Assembly (NCBI RefSeq): GCF_030684315.1
Contig: NC_081380.1
Coordinates: 38,682,340-38,746,339, forward strand
DNA from: Stegostoma tigrinum
Lineage: Eukaryota
Direction of reading: 5' to 3'
DNA length: 64,000 bases
This document shows positions 1 through 10,480 of this stretch, piece after piece. The translations under genes were made by a program, and so were the position numbers. A model generated the notes under the pieces. It saw only the letters and a list, made by a program, of their open reading frames with translations, did no database searches and was not told the DNA's origin. How positions within the stretch are numbered: position 1 is the first letter of the stretch; each line of letters begins with the position of its first letter.

Positions 1-258
1 ACGGTGGCTGAGCCTCTCAGCGCCAGGGACCTGGGTTCGATTCTCACCCTCGGGTGACTGAGTGGATTTTGCACATTCTCCCTGTGTCTGCGTGGGTTTC
101 CTCCGGTTTCCTCCCACAGTCCAAAGATGTGCAGTATAGGTGGGTTGACAGTAGGAAATGCTAGGTTATGGGGATAGGGGCTGGTTCTGGGTGGGATATG
201 TCTGAGCGTGGACTCGACGGGCTGAATGCCCTCTTTCCAACACTAGGGTTCCTGTGAT
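1..258 (+). mobile_element. HE1-like tRNA-derived V-SINE (5' end at window edge)
   Basis: B-box ggttcgattc; V-domain tttgcacattctccctgtgtctgcgtgggtttcctccggtttcctcccacagtccaaagatgtgcag; CR1-like tail. Confidence 0.8.
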
Positions 259-569
259 TCTTCAGAATTTGTGAGGAGTGTGAGGCGAACAGGCACCAGT
301 GCTTCCTTTCAGTTGCCAGAAAGTTGCCAATCTTGGCATCTGGTGATGCCAACAGCTCTTTGTTGCAGAGGGTTAAATCCATGAGTGAAGAGTTGCTATG
401 ACTCCCCGTTGTGCTGTTCGACCAGGGTGTGACTGCTCCAGTGGATAATGTGGCAGGCAGTCCGAGGGGAGTGTCTGTTACCACTTCCCCTGACTCGCCC
501 TTGTCTCACTTATCGCAGAATGGCACATGGCGGCAGCTGCAGGCAGAAGTCCTTGTGGCTCAGGGAAAG

Positions 570-870
570 TGATGGCCTATTGGTGACAACACCGAACTGG
601 GGAATGTTCTGGGGACCTGGGTTCGAATCCTGCCGCAGCACAACTTGAATTCACTTAAAAATCTGGAATTAAGAATCTAATGATGACCATGAATTGATTG
701 TTGGGGAAAACCCATCCGGTTCACTAATGTCCCTTAGGAAAGGAAACTGCCGTCCTTACGTGGTCAGGCCAACATGTGACTCCAGACCCACAGCAACGTG
801 GTTGTCTCTTAACTGCCCAGTGGGCAATAAATGCTGGCCTAGCCAGTGACACCCTTGTTCTGTGAATAAA
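570..870 (+). mobile_element. tRNA-derived SINE, family B (unnamed; tail shared with a CR1/L2-group LINE)
   Basis: gggttcgaatcctgcc B-box; body tctggaattaagaatctaatgatgaccatgaa...acatgtgactccagacccacagcaa; tail gggcaataaatgctggcc...tgaat; many copies in window. Confidence 0.75.
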
Positions 871-1233
871 TTAAAAACAAAGTCTGATGGGAATGTGAAC
901 AACTAAGTTTTTCTTCCAGCATGGTCGACCCTCGGAATAAATAGGGTTACCGACTCTCTGAATTAGGTCAACGTCCTTCAGGGATTGTTCCGGTCCTGGA
1001 ATTTTTTCAAAAACCTGGAAAAGTGAGATTGTGCAGCCCCTTTAATGAGTTGCTCTTCCTACTACTCACTGGAGGCAGCCTAACTTCTCTCTGCATGGCT
1101 TTGTATTATTGTTAAACGCTACATTCTCTGAAGGCAGCTGGCGATCTCCTGTGAAAAGGAACTCGTAGGAGGACATCACAAAATGCTTTAATCAATAAAG
1201 TATTTTCTGAGGCGTTTAGTCATGTAGCCAACA

Positions 1234-1330
1234 TGGTGGCCCTGTGATGCAGTGGGTCAAGTCCCTGTGTCTGATCCGGAAGGTCCAGGATCGATTCCAA
1301 CACTAGGACCCGATGAGTGGGGCATTACCT
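1234..1330 (+). mobile_element. Degenerate tRNA-like SINE head
   Basis: ggtggccctgtgatgcagtgggt ... ggatcgattcc A/B-box-like motifs; no intact cloverleaf. Confidence 0.4.
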
Positions 1331-2229
1331 GGCCAAAGTTAGTCGGCCAGTCAAACTGTGTGGTACTCCTGATGGCGAGCGCTGGGGAAAGATTCCTGGT
1401 CAGCAAGCCTTCAGAAGTTACTGCTTTTCTTTGGTAATGAGCCAACCCTCACCGTCAGTGATTGGAAAAAAGATGGACAAGGTAGCAAATGTGCCAGCCA
1501 ATTTGTGCATATGAAGCTCCCACAATCAGTAAAGTGATGACAACTGTATTAGCTATATTCTGGTCTTGCTGAAGGATAGGTATTGGCCAAGAGACCAGAG
1601 GAGAACCTCTTGCTGCTGTCCTGGCATCTAGTACAATGAGTAGATGTGCTTTCAGCTGTCTGGGGCCTAACCTCTGGAATTCCATCTGTGAACCTCTTCC
1701 CCCTTAAAGACATTTCTTAATATCTTACTTGTCCTAACATCTCCTTCTGGTGCTCAGTGTCATGTTTTGCTTGAGAATGCTCCTGTGAACAATCTTGGGT
1801 TTTCTTTTGCCACATTTAGAGGTGCTATGTAAATGCAAGTTTTTTTTTCATGTATATGTTCTGTGGGGACTGACACCGTAGGGGAGCACTGTGATTCTCG
1901 ACCCAACACTCCAACACAACTTAAAATTAGAATACTTTCCTAAGTTATGAAAATGGCCATTTCAATATCTGTAATATGTTCTAGACGAAGCAATCCATCT
2001 ACCAGGTTTTTTTAAAATAAACATAATTATTAGTTTATTATCAGTAAAAGTTCAATAATTGGTGAGTGTACACAGTCAGTAATAAAGGAGTATAAATATT
2101 TATCCCTCTAAATATCCCCAAAACTTCTACCAACACCACCCACATACAGCCAGTCTTCAGGAACAAAGAACAAAGACTAATTTCTCTGCAGAGGCTGGCT
2201 TTCGAATGATGACCATGAATCGATTGTGG

Positions 2230-3010
2230 GGAAAATCCATCTGGTTCATTAATGTCCTTTAGGGTTCAAGCCAGCATTTTCTCGGGTTTTGTTGAGATTT
2301 TGTCTTTGAGGATGTAGTGGGCTCGGTGGGGGCGTGGCCTTAAAATAAGGAAGGTGGAGAGATGGACAGACGGATGGAGGGAGGGAGGGATTTCCAGGGG
2401 CTAAGATGGAGCTGGTGGTGGTATGAGGAGAGGAGGCAGACAGCACCCTGTCAGAGCGAGGAAGGTGCAGGGCTGGTGGATGTTATGGTGTGAGACCGGG
2501 CACAGTTATGATTGGCGTTGAATACTAAGATGGGAATTAATGGGGGTACTGGATGTTGTTTGATGTCAGCAAGGATGGGAGCGGTGGACGGGGTGGGGTG
2601 GAGCGGTTGGTGACTTGCTGCAGGGCATCACACTGGAGGAGCGAGCCCTTAAGTAAAAGAAGGGTCCAGACCCGAAACATCAGCTTTCCTGCTCCACTGA
2701 TGCTGCCTGGCCTGCTGTGTTCATCCAGCTCTATGCCTTGTTTTCTCAGACTCCAGCATCGGCAGTTCCTACCACCTCACACTGGAGGAGCAGATGTTTG
2801 TGGAAGGTAGAGGTTTGGAATTCAGCCAGGACAGGGTTAAACATTTGAATCTGGAGGTGAAGACGACAAAGTGGGAGGCTTTCAGCAGCTGCTGAGCCAA
2901 GGCAAAGGTGAAAGTGGTGGGTCTTTGAGTGGCAGACTGAGGTCTGGGTCAATACAGAATTGAAGTGTAAGACAGCATGGGTTTGTTTATTTTGTATCTT
3001 CACGCTCACT
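2230..3010 (-). mobile_element. Highly degenerate L2-type LINE ORF2 3' fragment, interrupted by a Penelope-like insertion
   Basis: Minus strand of ~2780-2870 resembles a decayed TSRLDY..LLAGLP..TLHKLQ motif of L2 ORF2; purine-rich + strand. Confidence 0.45.
2643..2776 (+). mobile_element. Short Penelope-like element, family A, single arm, 15-bp TSD
   Basis: gaagggtccagacccgaaacatcagctttcctgctcc...ctccagcatcggcagttcc; exact flanking duplication tcacactggaggagc at 2628-2642 and 2777-2791. Confidence 0.75.
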
Positions 3011-3729
3011 TTCTTGTCATAAGGGAATACTGGAGAAGTGTTGGAAGGATTAGCAGGCTAATTATTGACCTATCTGAACTGTGACATGAGCATTTCTTCC
3101 CTGGCCATAAAATCCTGGAGTGGGATTTGAACCTGGTGCTTCTCGGTCAGAGGCTTATTACCCGCTGCGCCACAAGACCTCGCTCAGTAGTGTGGTCCAT
3201 GTGGTGGAAATGAACCCTAGTGAGAGTCGTTGCCTTTAACAGAGAAAAGGAACACATTGAGAATGTTCCTCATGGTATGATTTTTGTGAACAGTTCACTT
3301 CTTACTCCTGATGCTGGTGAAGAGGTGACTCTAACCTCCAAAGTGTCTGCAGCAGATAACCTGCAGCAATTTAACACCCACTGCGGTTTTGGGAGTCACT
3401 GTCAGGACAAGCTGGTAGCAAGCTGCCTTCTTGAACTGCTGCACACCATTCAGTTGATTCACATTGCTTCAGGAAAGGAGTTCCGGGATTTTGACCCAGT
3501 GACACTGAAGGAACGGCGATATGATTCCAAGTCGGGATGGTGTGTGCTTCGAGGGAAACTTGCTTGTGGTGGTGCTCCTCTATTTGTGATGTTCAGATGC
3601 TTTGTAACTTAGCGCAAAGTAATTTGATTTCAGAAAGAAGTCTGATAAAGATTTGTAGACACACCCAAACTTGTTGGGTAAACTTTAAGAGGAAATAGGA
3701 ATATTGAAACAGAATCCACACTTCCAAAC

Positions 3730-4140
3730 TGCCGTGCCTGTGTGTGCCATAGACACGGTGAGTGTGTTATTGTGCATGCACAAGTATGACAAGTCTATAA
3801 TTGCACACACAGGCACAGCAAGTGTGTAATTGTGTGCACGTGCGGGCATGGCAAGTGTGCAATAGAGTGCACGCATGGGCACGGCAAGTTTGTAATTCTG
3901 TGCACAATCATGTAAAGTATAACTGTGCAAATTTTTGCTTGCACGAGTAGTGTTGGTATTTTCACATGCGTGTGTGTTGATAATTTTACACGTGTATGTG
4001 GGCCTGCATGTGGGTGTATACGTGTGGGTTGATATTTTCTCTCACACGTGTGTGTGTGTGTGGAATTTCTGTGTGCGTGTTGTTATTTTCACATATGTAT
4101 TACTTTCAGATTTGTGTTGGTATCTTTGCATGTGTGAGAT
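3730..4140 (+). repeat. TG-rich degenerate minisatellite / low-complexity tract
   Basis: Recurring tgtgca...ggca..gcaagtgtg units and (TG)n runs. Confidence 0.7.
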
Positions 4141-4659
4141 TGACTCTGTGGTCTCAAGGATCAGCATTGAGCGTGTATAATTGGAGAAGGGAGAGGCTGA
4201 AGGAGGATTAGAGAGTGCTGCATGGCAGCTGCTCTGTAACACAGTGAGCTCAAGCCTGCCTTCAGTAAAGAACAGGAGAGACTGATCAGAGGGTGATATT
4301 CACAGACTGCTATCTGAGTCAGAACAAGAAACATAAGAGTGGAGCATATTAATGGACTTGTTTGTCTGGTGTTCCTTGATGAGTAATTTTCCAGTACATC
4401 ATCCGCAGACGAATGGGCAAACATCGCTGGCTAAACCAGTGTTTAGCTATGGCTGGTCAATAGAATTTTATCCCAGATGATCAATCTAACAATCCCTGTC
4501 TTTAACTTCCTCCTCCCTGGACCCAGCTCCGGCTCAAGGCTAGAAACCACAAAGTCATTCTGTTCCCCACAGGGAAGCCTGGTAGTTGATCCTCTGATCA
4601 ACCTGCCAACCCAACCCCAACATTTTTAAAACTGGCATGAAGTGGTTGCCATTCACTGG

Positions 4660-5012
4660 ATGAGAGCATCACAGGCCAGGCAGCATTTATTGCCCATCCC
4701 TAATCACCCAGAGGGCAGTTAAGCGTCAGCCACATTGCTGTGGGTCTGGAGTCACATGTAGGCCAGACCAGGTAAGGATGGCAGTTTCCTTCCTTAAAGG
4801 ATGAACTGGCGTTTTTTTTGTTGCGTGCCCCCCCAATTGTTTAATGGATTCATGGTCATCATTAGATTTTTATTTCCAGAATTTTTTTTCCCCCTCCCAT
4901 TGAATTCAAATTCCACCATCTGCCGTGGCTGGATTCGAACCTGGATTCCCAGAACATATCTGAGTTTCTGAATTAATAGTCCAGTGATAATACCATAAGG
5001 CCATCGCCTTGC
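4660..5012 (-). mobile_element. tRNA-derived SINE family B, near full length
   Basis: Reverse complement of the 570-870 / 37497-38025 family: gcatttattgcccatccctaa ... ggattcgaacc ... taataccataaggcc. Confidence 0.8.
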
Positions 5013-5584
5013 CTGGGCTTGGTTAATGAGTATTGAGGATAATAGCAGGAACCTGTACAAATGACCATCAGCTTGATTGGCAGGAGTGATGGGGCACAGA
5101 CAGGGGTATTGGACTGGGGTTACATGTGTGTTTGTGTGTGTTTAAGGGAAAGTTTTTCATGGGGTTTTCATGGTTAAGCACAGGGCTTCATCTCCCAGAG
5201 CGGGTGAGGGGGTCGGTGAGTGACCTTGTGCAATATTGAGGTTGAGGGCAAGCAACACTGACCATTGATGAACCGGCGGTGGGGGGGGTATTCTCTCGTG
5301 CTTTCCTTTTAAAACACTTCACTTCACAAACACTGCAGGCGTGCGTTTGCCTGACTGGTGCAACTGTGTTTGTGCATACTGGCAGTTTGCAAACTAACCT
5401 TCAAGCTGCCTGTGCAGTAAGAGTGTATGTGCAAGAGGAACCTGGTAAGTTCTGGCAAAAGCCATTTTGAGCACAGAGTGCACCTGGTTGCACGTTTCAG
5501 ACAGAGCGAAGGTGCAACTGCTCCACTTGCAAGGTGGTGAATCTGCGGGATGCTTTACAGCAGAGGGCTGTCGAGGCTGGGTCA

Positions 5585-5755
5585 TTTAAGTATATTTAAG
5601 GCTGAGACCGATAGATTTTTATTCAACAAGAGAATCAGGGGCTATGGGGTAAGGGCAGAGAAGTGAAGTTGAGGATTATCAGATCAGCCATGACATCATT
5701 GAATGGCATAGCAGACTCAGTGAGCTGAATGGCCTGCTTCTCCTCCTACTTGTGG
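5585..5755 (+). mobile_element. CR1-type LINE 3' end fragment
   Basis: tatttaaggctgag..gatagattt...gatcagccatga...gctgaatggcctgcttctcctcct tail. Confidence 0.65.
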
Positions 5756-6194
5756 CCCATGCCTGACCTTTGTATGTCTTGTCGTGGCACTGAGTCTTGG
5801 CCAGTGTTCCCAATGAGATGGAGATCACTGCAGGGCGGAAGGGAACATTTGAAGGTAAATGCTGATAGTCTTGGTTTTGGGCCCATTAAAATGGAACTTT
5901 TTTACTGACAAAAGAAAACCGTGACTACTTGTGGGAAGGATAATCTTGCATTGTTCAAACACGTAATTAAAAATTCCTTGATCCATATTTGAATGTTTAA
6001 TCCTGTTATGCTGGTTGGAAGCTTTGCTTCCTGTGTGTTGCTAAGTAGGTAGAGATTGGCCCTGTTCAAATGGGACAATGGTAAGTATTGAAATTTGACC
6101 CATGTAAAAGGAGGCTTTTGAAACTGTTTTGACTCTACTGGGCCTAAAGCAGAGCTATTTCACTCCTCCCCAACACCTTCCAACCTTTTCACCC

Positions 6195-6575
6195 CATTCT
6201 TCATCCATTCCCTCCACCATTGAACACTTCATAGCAGCAGTGTGTACCGTTTACAAGATCCTCTGCAGAAATTCACCAAGCCCCCTTGGACACCACCTTC
6301 TGAATCCGAAACCAATTCCACCTGGAAGGACAAGGGCAGCAGATACATGGGAAAGCCACCACGTCCAAGTTCCCCTGCATCCTGACGTGGAAATATATCA
6401 CAGTTCCTTTCACTGTTGCTAACTCCTTGCTTTAAGAGATTTCTGGTTCTACCCATAGCGCATGGACTGCAGTGGTTCAGGAAGTCAGCTCACTACCACC
6501 TACTCAAGGGGGAACTAGGGACGGGCGACAAATGCTGGACGAGCCAGCGACATCCATGTACCATGAACGAATAGA
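6195..6575 (+). mobile_element. CR1/L2-group LINE 3' end (source of the SINE family B tail)
   Basis: ORF 6129-6422 contains AAVCTVYKILCRNSP..L.HHLLNPKPIPPGRTRAA, an ORF2 C-terminus; ends gggcgacaaatgctgg..gccagcgacatcc. Confidence 0.7.
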
Positions 6576-6882
6576 AAGGAAAGCACAAAGAGCTCCTGGA
6601 AATTTTCTCCGCGCAACGTGGCTCAGTGGTAGCATTCCTGCTTCTGATGCCAGCAAGATGCCCCGTTTTCCTGGGAAATGTGTGGGGGTGCAACTTGTAC
6701 CCAGTTGATGAAGCCACCCTGAAGGCGATGTCGCCACATCAACAGTGCAGCTCTCCAGTGCCGGAGTTCCAGCCTTCCTTTTGGTGTATCTGGCTGGGCC
6801 TTGAGCCCATGCCTTGCGGCTCACTGCGGTTCCTGTTGCTGCTGGAAGTCTGAGGGGTGACCCATCTTGCCATTTAGCCTTG

Positions 6883-7101
6883 GAGATGGTAGGAACTGCA
6901 GATGCTGGAGAATCTGAGATAACACAGTGTAGAGTTGGATGAACACAGCAGGCCAAGCAGCGTCAGAGGAGCAGGAAGGCTGGCGTTTCGGGCCTAGACC
7001 TTTCTTCTGAAGAAGGGTCTAGGCCCGAAACGCCAGCCTTCCTGCTCTTAAGATGCTGCTTGGCCTGCTGTGTTCATTCAGCTCTACACCTTGTTATCTT
7101 T
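6883..7101 (-). mobile_element. Palindromic Penelope-like element, family A, with hammerhead-like motif
   Basis: Inverted arms ~6917-7002 and 7013-7099; CTGAAGAAGGGTCTAGGCCCGAAACGCC at 7007-7034; degenerate TSD ttgccatttagccttg / ttgcaactagccttg. Confidence 0.8.
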
Positions 7102-7939
7102 TTGCAACTAGCCTTGCCCGTCTCTCACCGTGGCTCTGGGATGTGCGGTAAACCTTTGAGTAGCGCGGTGCGTTCAGACCAACGTGCGCACACATGAGAG
7201 AGAGAAAGAGAGACAAGGGCCGAGCTTCCGAGGGTGAAGACAGCCTGTTGACTACACGACAATTATCACACTGGTGAGGGAGGTGACAGCAGGCTCTGAC
7301 GGGAGGGAAGGTCTTTGTAAAATTGTACAAAGCCTTTGTTTAAGGCTGAAGAGTGCACCTTCATGAGCAGCTGTGCTTCTAACCGAGCTCAGCACTAACT
7401 CTGCCATCCTCTGCCCCTCATGTCGAGCCAGATTAATCTTTTATCTCTGCATCTGCTTAGCCGTTACTGATTGCTGTCATGTGCAGAGGTGTTTTGGCTA
7501 TGGTAACTGTGGCAACGTTATTTAATTAGGACGAATAATTACCCAGCGATAGCCATGATGCTGTTTGCTGCTTTTTTTTTGTTGCTTCAGGGGGTCTTCA
7601 AGACATTTTCTGAGGGCTTTTTGGACAATGTTATTTTTACTGAAAATTAAATTGGTTTCCAGTTCTGCAGACTGTGTTTTTGTTTCACTTCTGGACTTGA
7701 GAGACGAGCAGCAAATCAGCCCCGCAACACGCTCATGACAGTCGCAACCCCCTCCGTGGCCCACTCAAATTGTCAAACTTCTAGAACTTTCCAAATTACG
7801 GTGCTGGAATAGATCAGCACCAAGTTTTACAACCCTGCAGGATCTTGTCTAAATATCAGTCTTTACAATCGAGCATAAGCAGAGGTTAGTCAACTGCGTA
7901 GGGCATCACCACTAAGCCTAGTCGGATTATTGTTCAGTT

Positions 7940-8100
7940 CCAGCTGAGGTTACTATGAAGGACTCTCCTTCTCAACGTCCTCCCTTGCCTGAGCCATGGT
8001 GACCCTCTGGTTAAACCACCACCTGTCATCGCTCACTCTAGTGAGAGAGGGAGAGAGAGCATTATGGTCTAGTAAGACCATGGCTACTTTCCCTTTACTA
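7940..8100 (+). mobile_element. SINE family C 3' part (unnamed)
   Basis: ggactctccttctcaac..ccttgcct..ggtgaccctctggttaaacc...atggctact; related copies at 39295-39425 (+) and 41620-41766 (-). Confidence 0.6.
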
Positions 8101-8260
8101 TGGGAGTACTGTTTGTTGGGAGCTGGCTGCCTGCAAATTGCTGGCTGAATTTCCGACCTTGCAACTGGGCCTACCTTGCAAAAACGTTCCATCATTGATC
8201 AAGGGCATTAGGATATCCTGAGGTTCTGAAAGGTGCTATGGAAATGCACATCTTCTTTTC
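8100..8260 (+). mobile_element. SacSINE1-like DeuSINE 3' fragment
   Basis: ctgtttgttgggagctggctg..caaattgctggctg...ctgaggttctgaaaggtgctatggaaatgca tail. Confidence 0.55.
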
Positions 8261-8704
8261 ACCTCTTCCTCTGCCTCCTGCAATGATGCCTTGGCACTGA
8301 GCAGGTTTCGCATGACAGGGAATGAGTATCACAGTGGGCTGTGGTTGTAAGCAGACTGCTGTTGTCCGATAACAGCAGACTCTGGGTGATGTTACTGTTT
8401 GCAAATGCAGTGTGTTCTCCTTCTGAAACCTCATGGCGACCATCCAACACACACTAACGAGGCTGGTCCAACAGTAAATGTGTTGGTGCTGTATTTGATG
8501 GGATGATCACTTCCCCTCCCTAACCCATTGTCTCACCACTTCCTGGACTTGTTCGTTAAGTACTCTTGTGCTCCTGCTGCTCAGTATGAGGGCTTTCAAT
8601 CTGGTTCATGATATATTGCAATGTTTGACATCTGTGGTCTTCTGCTTGTCTCTCACTGGCTCATTCACAGCTGCTGCTGTAATTGTCTGGTGTTATTTTA
8701 GAAT

Positions 8705-8735
<31 letters not shown>

Positions 8736-9022
8736 CCCCCCCTTCTCTCCTCACGATCTCTCTCTCTCTCTCACTCTTTCTACACATCCACCCCCCCCCT
8801 TCCCCCCACTCTCTCCTTCCTTCTTTCTTTCTCTGTCTCCCCCCACCTCGTTATTTTTTTCCTTTCTCCCTTCTGTCTTCTATTTTCTTCTTGCTTCTCT
8901 CTCCATTGCTGTCCTCCCTCTCTTTTTCTCTCTCTCACACACTCACTCTCTGCCCCAGTCTCTCTCTTTCTCTCTCCCCTTCCTCTCTGTCTTTCTATGT
9001 CCCCTCTCCTTAATTTTCTCTG
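8705..9022 (+). repeat. (CT)n microsatellite and polypyrimidine tract
   Basis: Pure (CT) run at ~8709-8735 within a ~320-bp almost purine-free tract. Confidence 0.9.
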
Positions 9023-9099
9023 ACAAGAGGTTCAGGAGATGACCCTATAAAGGTGACAGATGTGGGTACGCTTTGTTTGAAAGACATCACTATTTCTCC

Positions 9100-9310
9100 T
9101 TGGCCTCAATTAACACTCCCTTTGCCTTTTTCCTTGGGCACCCCTGCGGTCTCTTCCACTCACTCTTCCCCCGTCAACAGCAAAATAAAACCATTTTCTA
9201 GCCACTTTCAGCTCTTGAAATAGAGTCAGACCGAAACATTAATTCTGTTTCTGTATCTACAGATGCTGCCAGTCCTGCTGAGTTTCTCCAGCAATTTCTG
9301 TTTAGATTTG
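9100..9310 (+). mobile_element. Penelope-like pLTR fragment, family B (older)
   Basis: agtcagaccgaaacattaattctgtttctgtatctacagatgctgccagtcctgctgagtttctccagcaatttctg. Confidence 0.6.
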
Positions 9311-9384
9311 AAGCAGTGTAAATGTTTTGAGTTTGGTTTGACATCTTCAGAATGGAAGAATCTTCTGCAGAGTCCTACTGGACA

Positions 9385-9695
9385 CACAATGTTAACTCTG
9401 TTTCTCTTTCCACAGATGCTGCCAGACCCACTGAGATTCTGGATAACACAGTGTGGAGCTGGAGGAACACAGCAGGCCAGGCAGCATCAGAGGAGCAGGA
9501 AAGCTGACATTTCGGGTCGGGACCCTTCTTCAAAAACATCAGCTTTCCTGCTCCTCTGATGCTGCCTGACCTGCTGTGCTCCTCCAGCTTCACAATGTGT
9601 TATCTCTGACTCCAGCATCGGCAGCTCCTATGGTCTCCACTGAGATTCTGTTTCTGTTTCCAATGCCCAGCACCTGCAGTGTTTTGCTTTTATTT
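9385..9695 (+). mobile_element. Family-B Penelope-like fragment interrupted by a palindromic family-A element (9442-9636) with 14-bp TSD
   Basis: Exact duplication ccactgagattctg at 9428-9441 and 9637-9650; inner arms gataacacagtgtggagctggagg... / ...cctccagcttcacaatgtgttatc. Confidence 0.8.
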
Positions 9696-10114
9696 GAGGG
9701 TGAAAGTGATGGAGTCTGCAGGTGAACGATATTGTTTTGACGATATGAAAAGTGACGGAACGTGGGCACTCATTGTTCATGCCCAGTCTCCCCCTGCAGG
9801 TGGCAATGGCAGCCTTGAGAGTGCACCTCATATTAGGGGAATGGAGTTACTTAGGAAGTTCCCAGCCTGCTGCAGTGGGATTTGCACTGCGGATTCCTGG
9901 TTCTGGGATTGCGTGTCCAGTAATGAATGAATAAGTTTAACCCCAAAAGAATTGAAATTGAGCCATGAAGACCATTTGAGATATCAAAGCCATCAGTTTA
10001 ACCTCTACTGGAATTACAGCAACAGAGTTAGGCATGGCAATGGGAGACATGATGGTACTGGCTGTGAGGTTTCACAGTGTACCTGATTGATATGATAACA
10101 GGAGGAGGCCTTAC

Positions 10115-10480
10115 AAACATTCAGAACAGGAGTGGGCCACTTGGCTCTTTGAGCCTCTGTTCAATATGATCACGGCTGATCATCCAACTAGGTCCTGTTT
10201 TCCCACTTTCTCCTTCAATCCTTAGAATTATAGCTACCTCTGTCTTGCAAACATTCAATGTTTCGGCCTCAACTGCTTTCTGTGGCAGAGAAGTCCACAG
10301 GCCCACTAATCTCTGGTGAACAAAGTTCTCCGCATCTCAGCCCTAAATGGTCCACCCCATATCCATGGACTGTGATCCCCTGGTTCTGAACACCCCAGGG
10401 ATCGGGAACATCCTTCCTGTGTTTATCCTGCTGAGAGCTTCTAGAATTTAATGTGTTTTGGTGAGGTTCGTCCCCCTTCC
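10115..10480 (-). mobile_element. CR1-type LINE 3' fragment
   Basis: Minus-strand peptide LWTSLPQKAVEAETLNVCKTEV typical of the CR1 ORF2 end; 3' UTR caggagtgggccacttggc. Confidence 0.75.

Noticed and set aside
6070-6090. Isolated strong donors (atg|gtaagt ~6080, aag|gtaagt ~35870, aag|gtaagc ~53194) as additional exons
   Set aside because: No convincing paired acceptor or Musashi-like peptide; such matches are expected by chance in 64 kb
6883-7101. Palindromes as MITEs (DNA transposons) or miRNA precursors
   Set aside because: Arms are asymmetric and variable, single-arm copies carry the same kind of TSD, and TSD length varies (13-16 bp). This fits retrotransposition rather than a DDE transposase. 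Nothing in the sequence supports a miRNA.
8568-9042. Hydrophobic or Ser/Leu-rich ORFs (also 14934-15487, 29977-30476)
   Set aside because: Artefacts of CT-rich low-complexity DNA lacking stop codons
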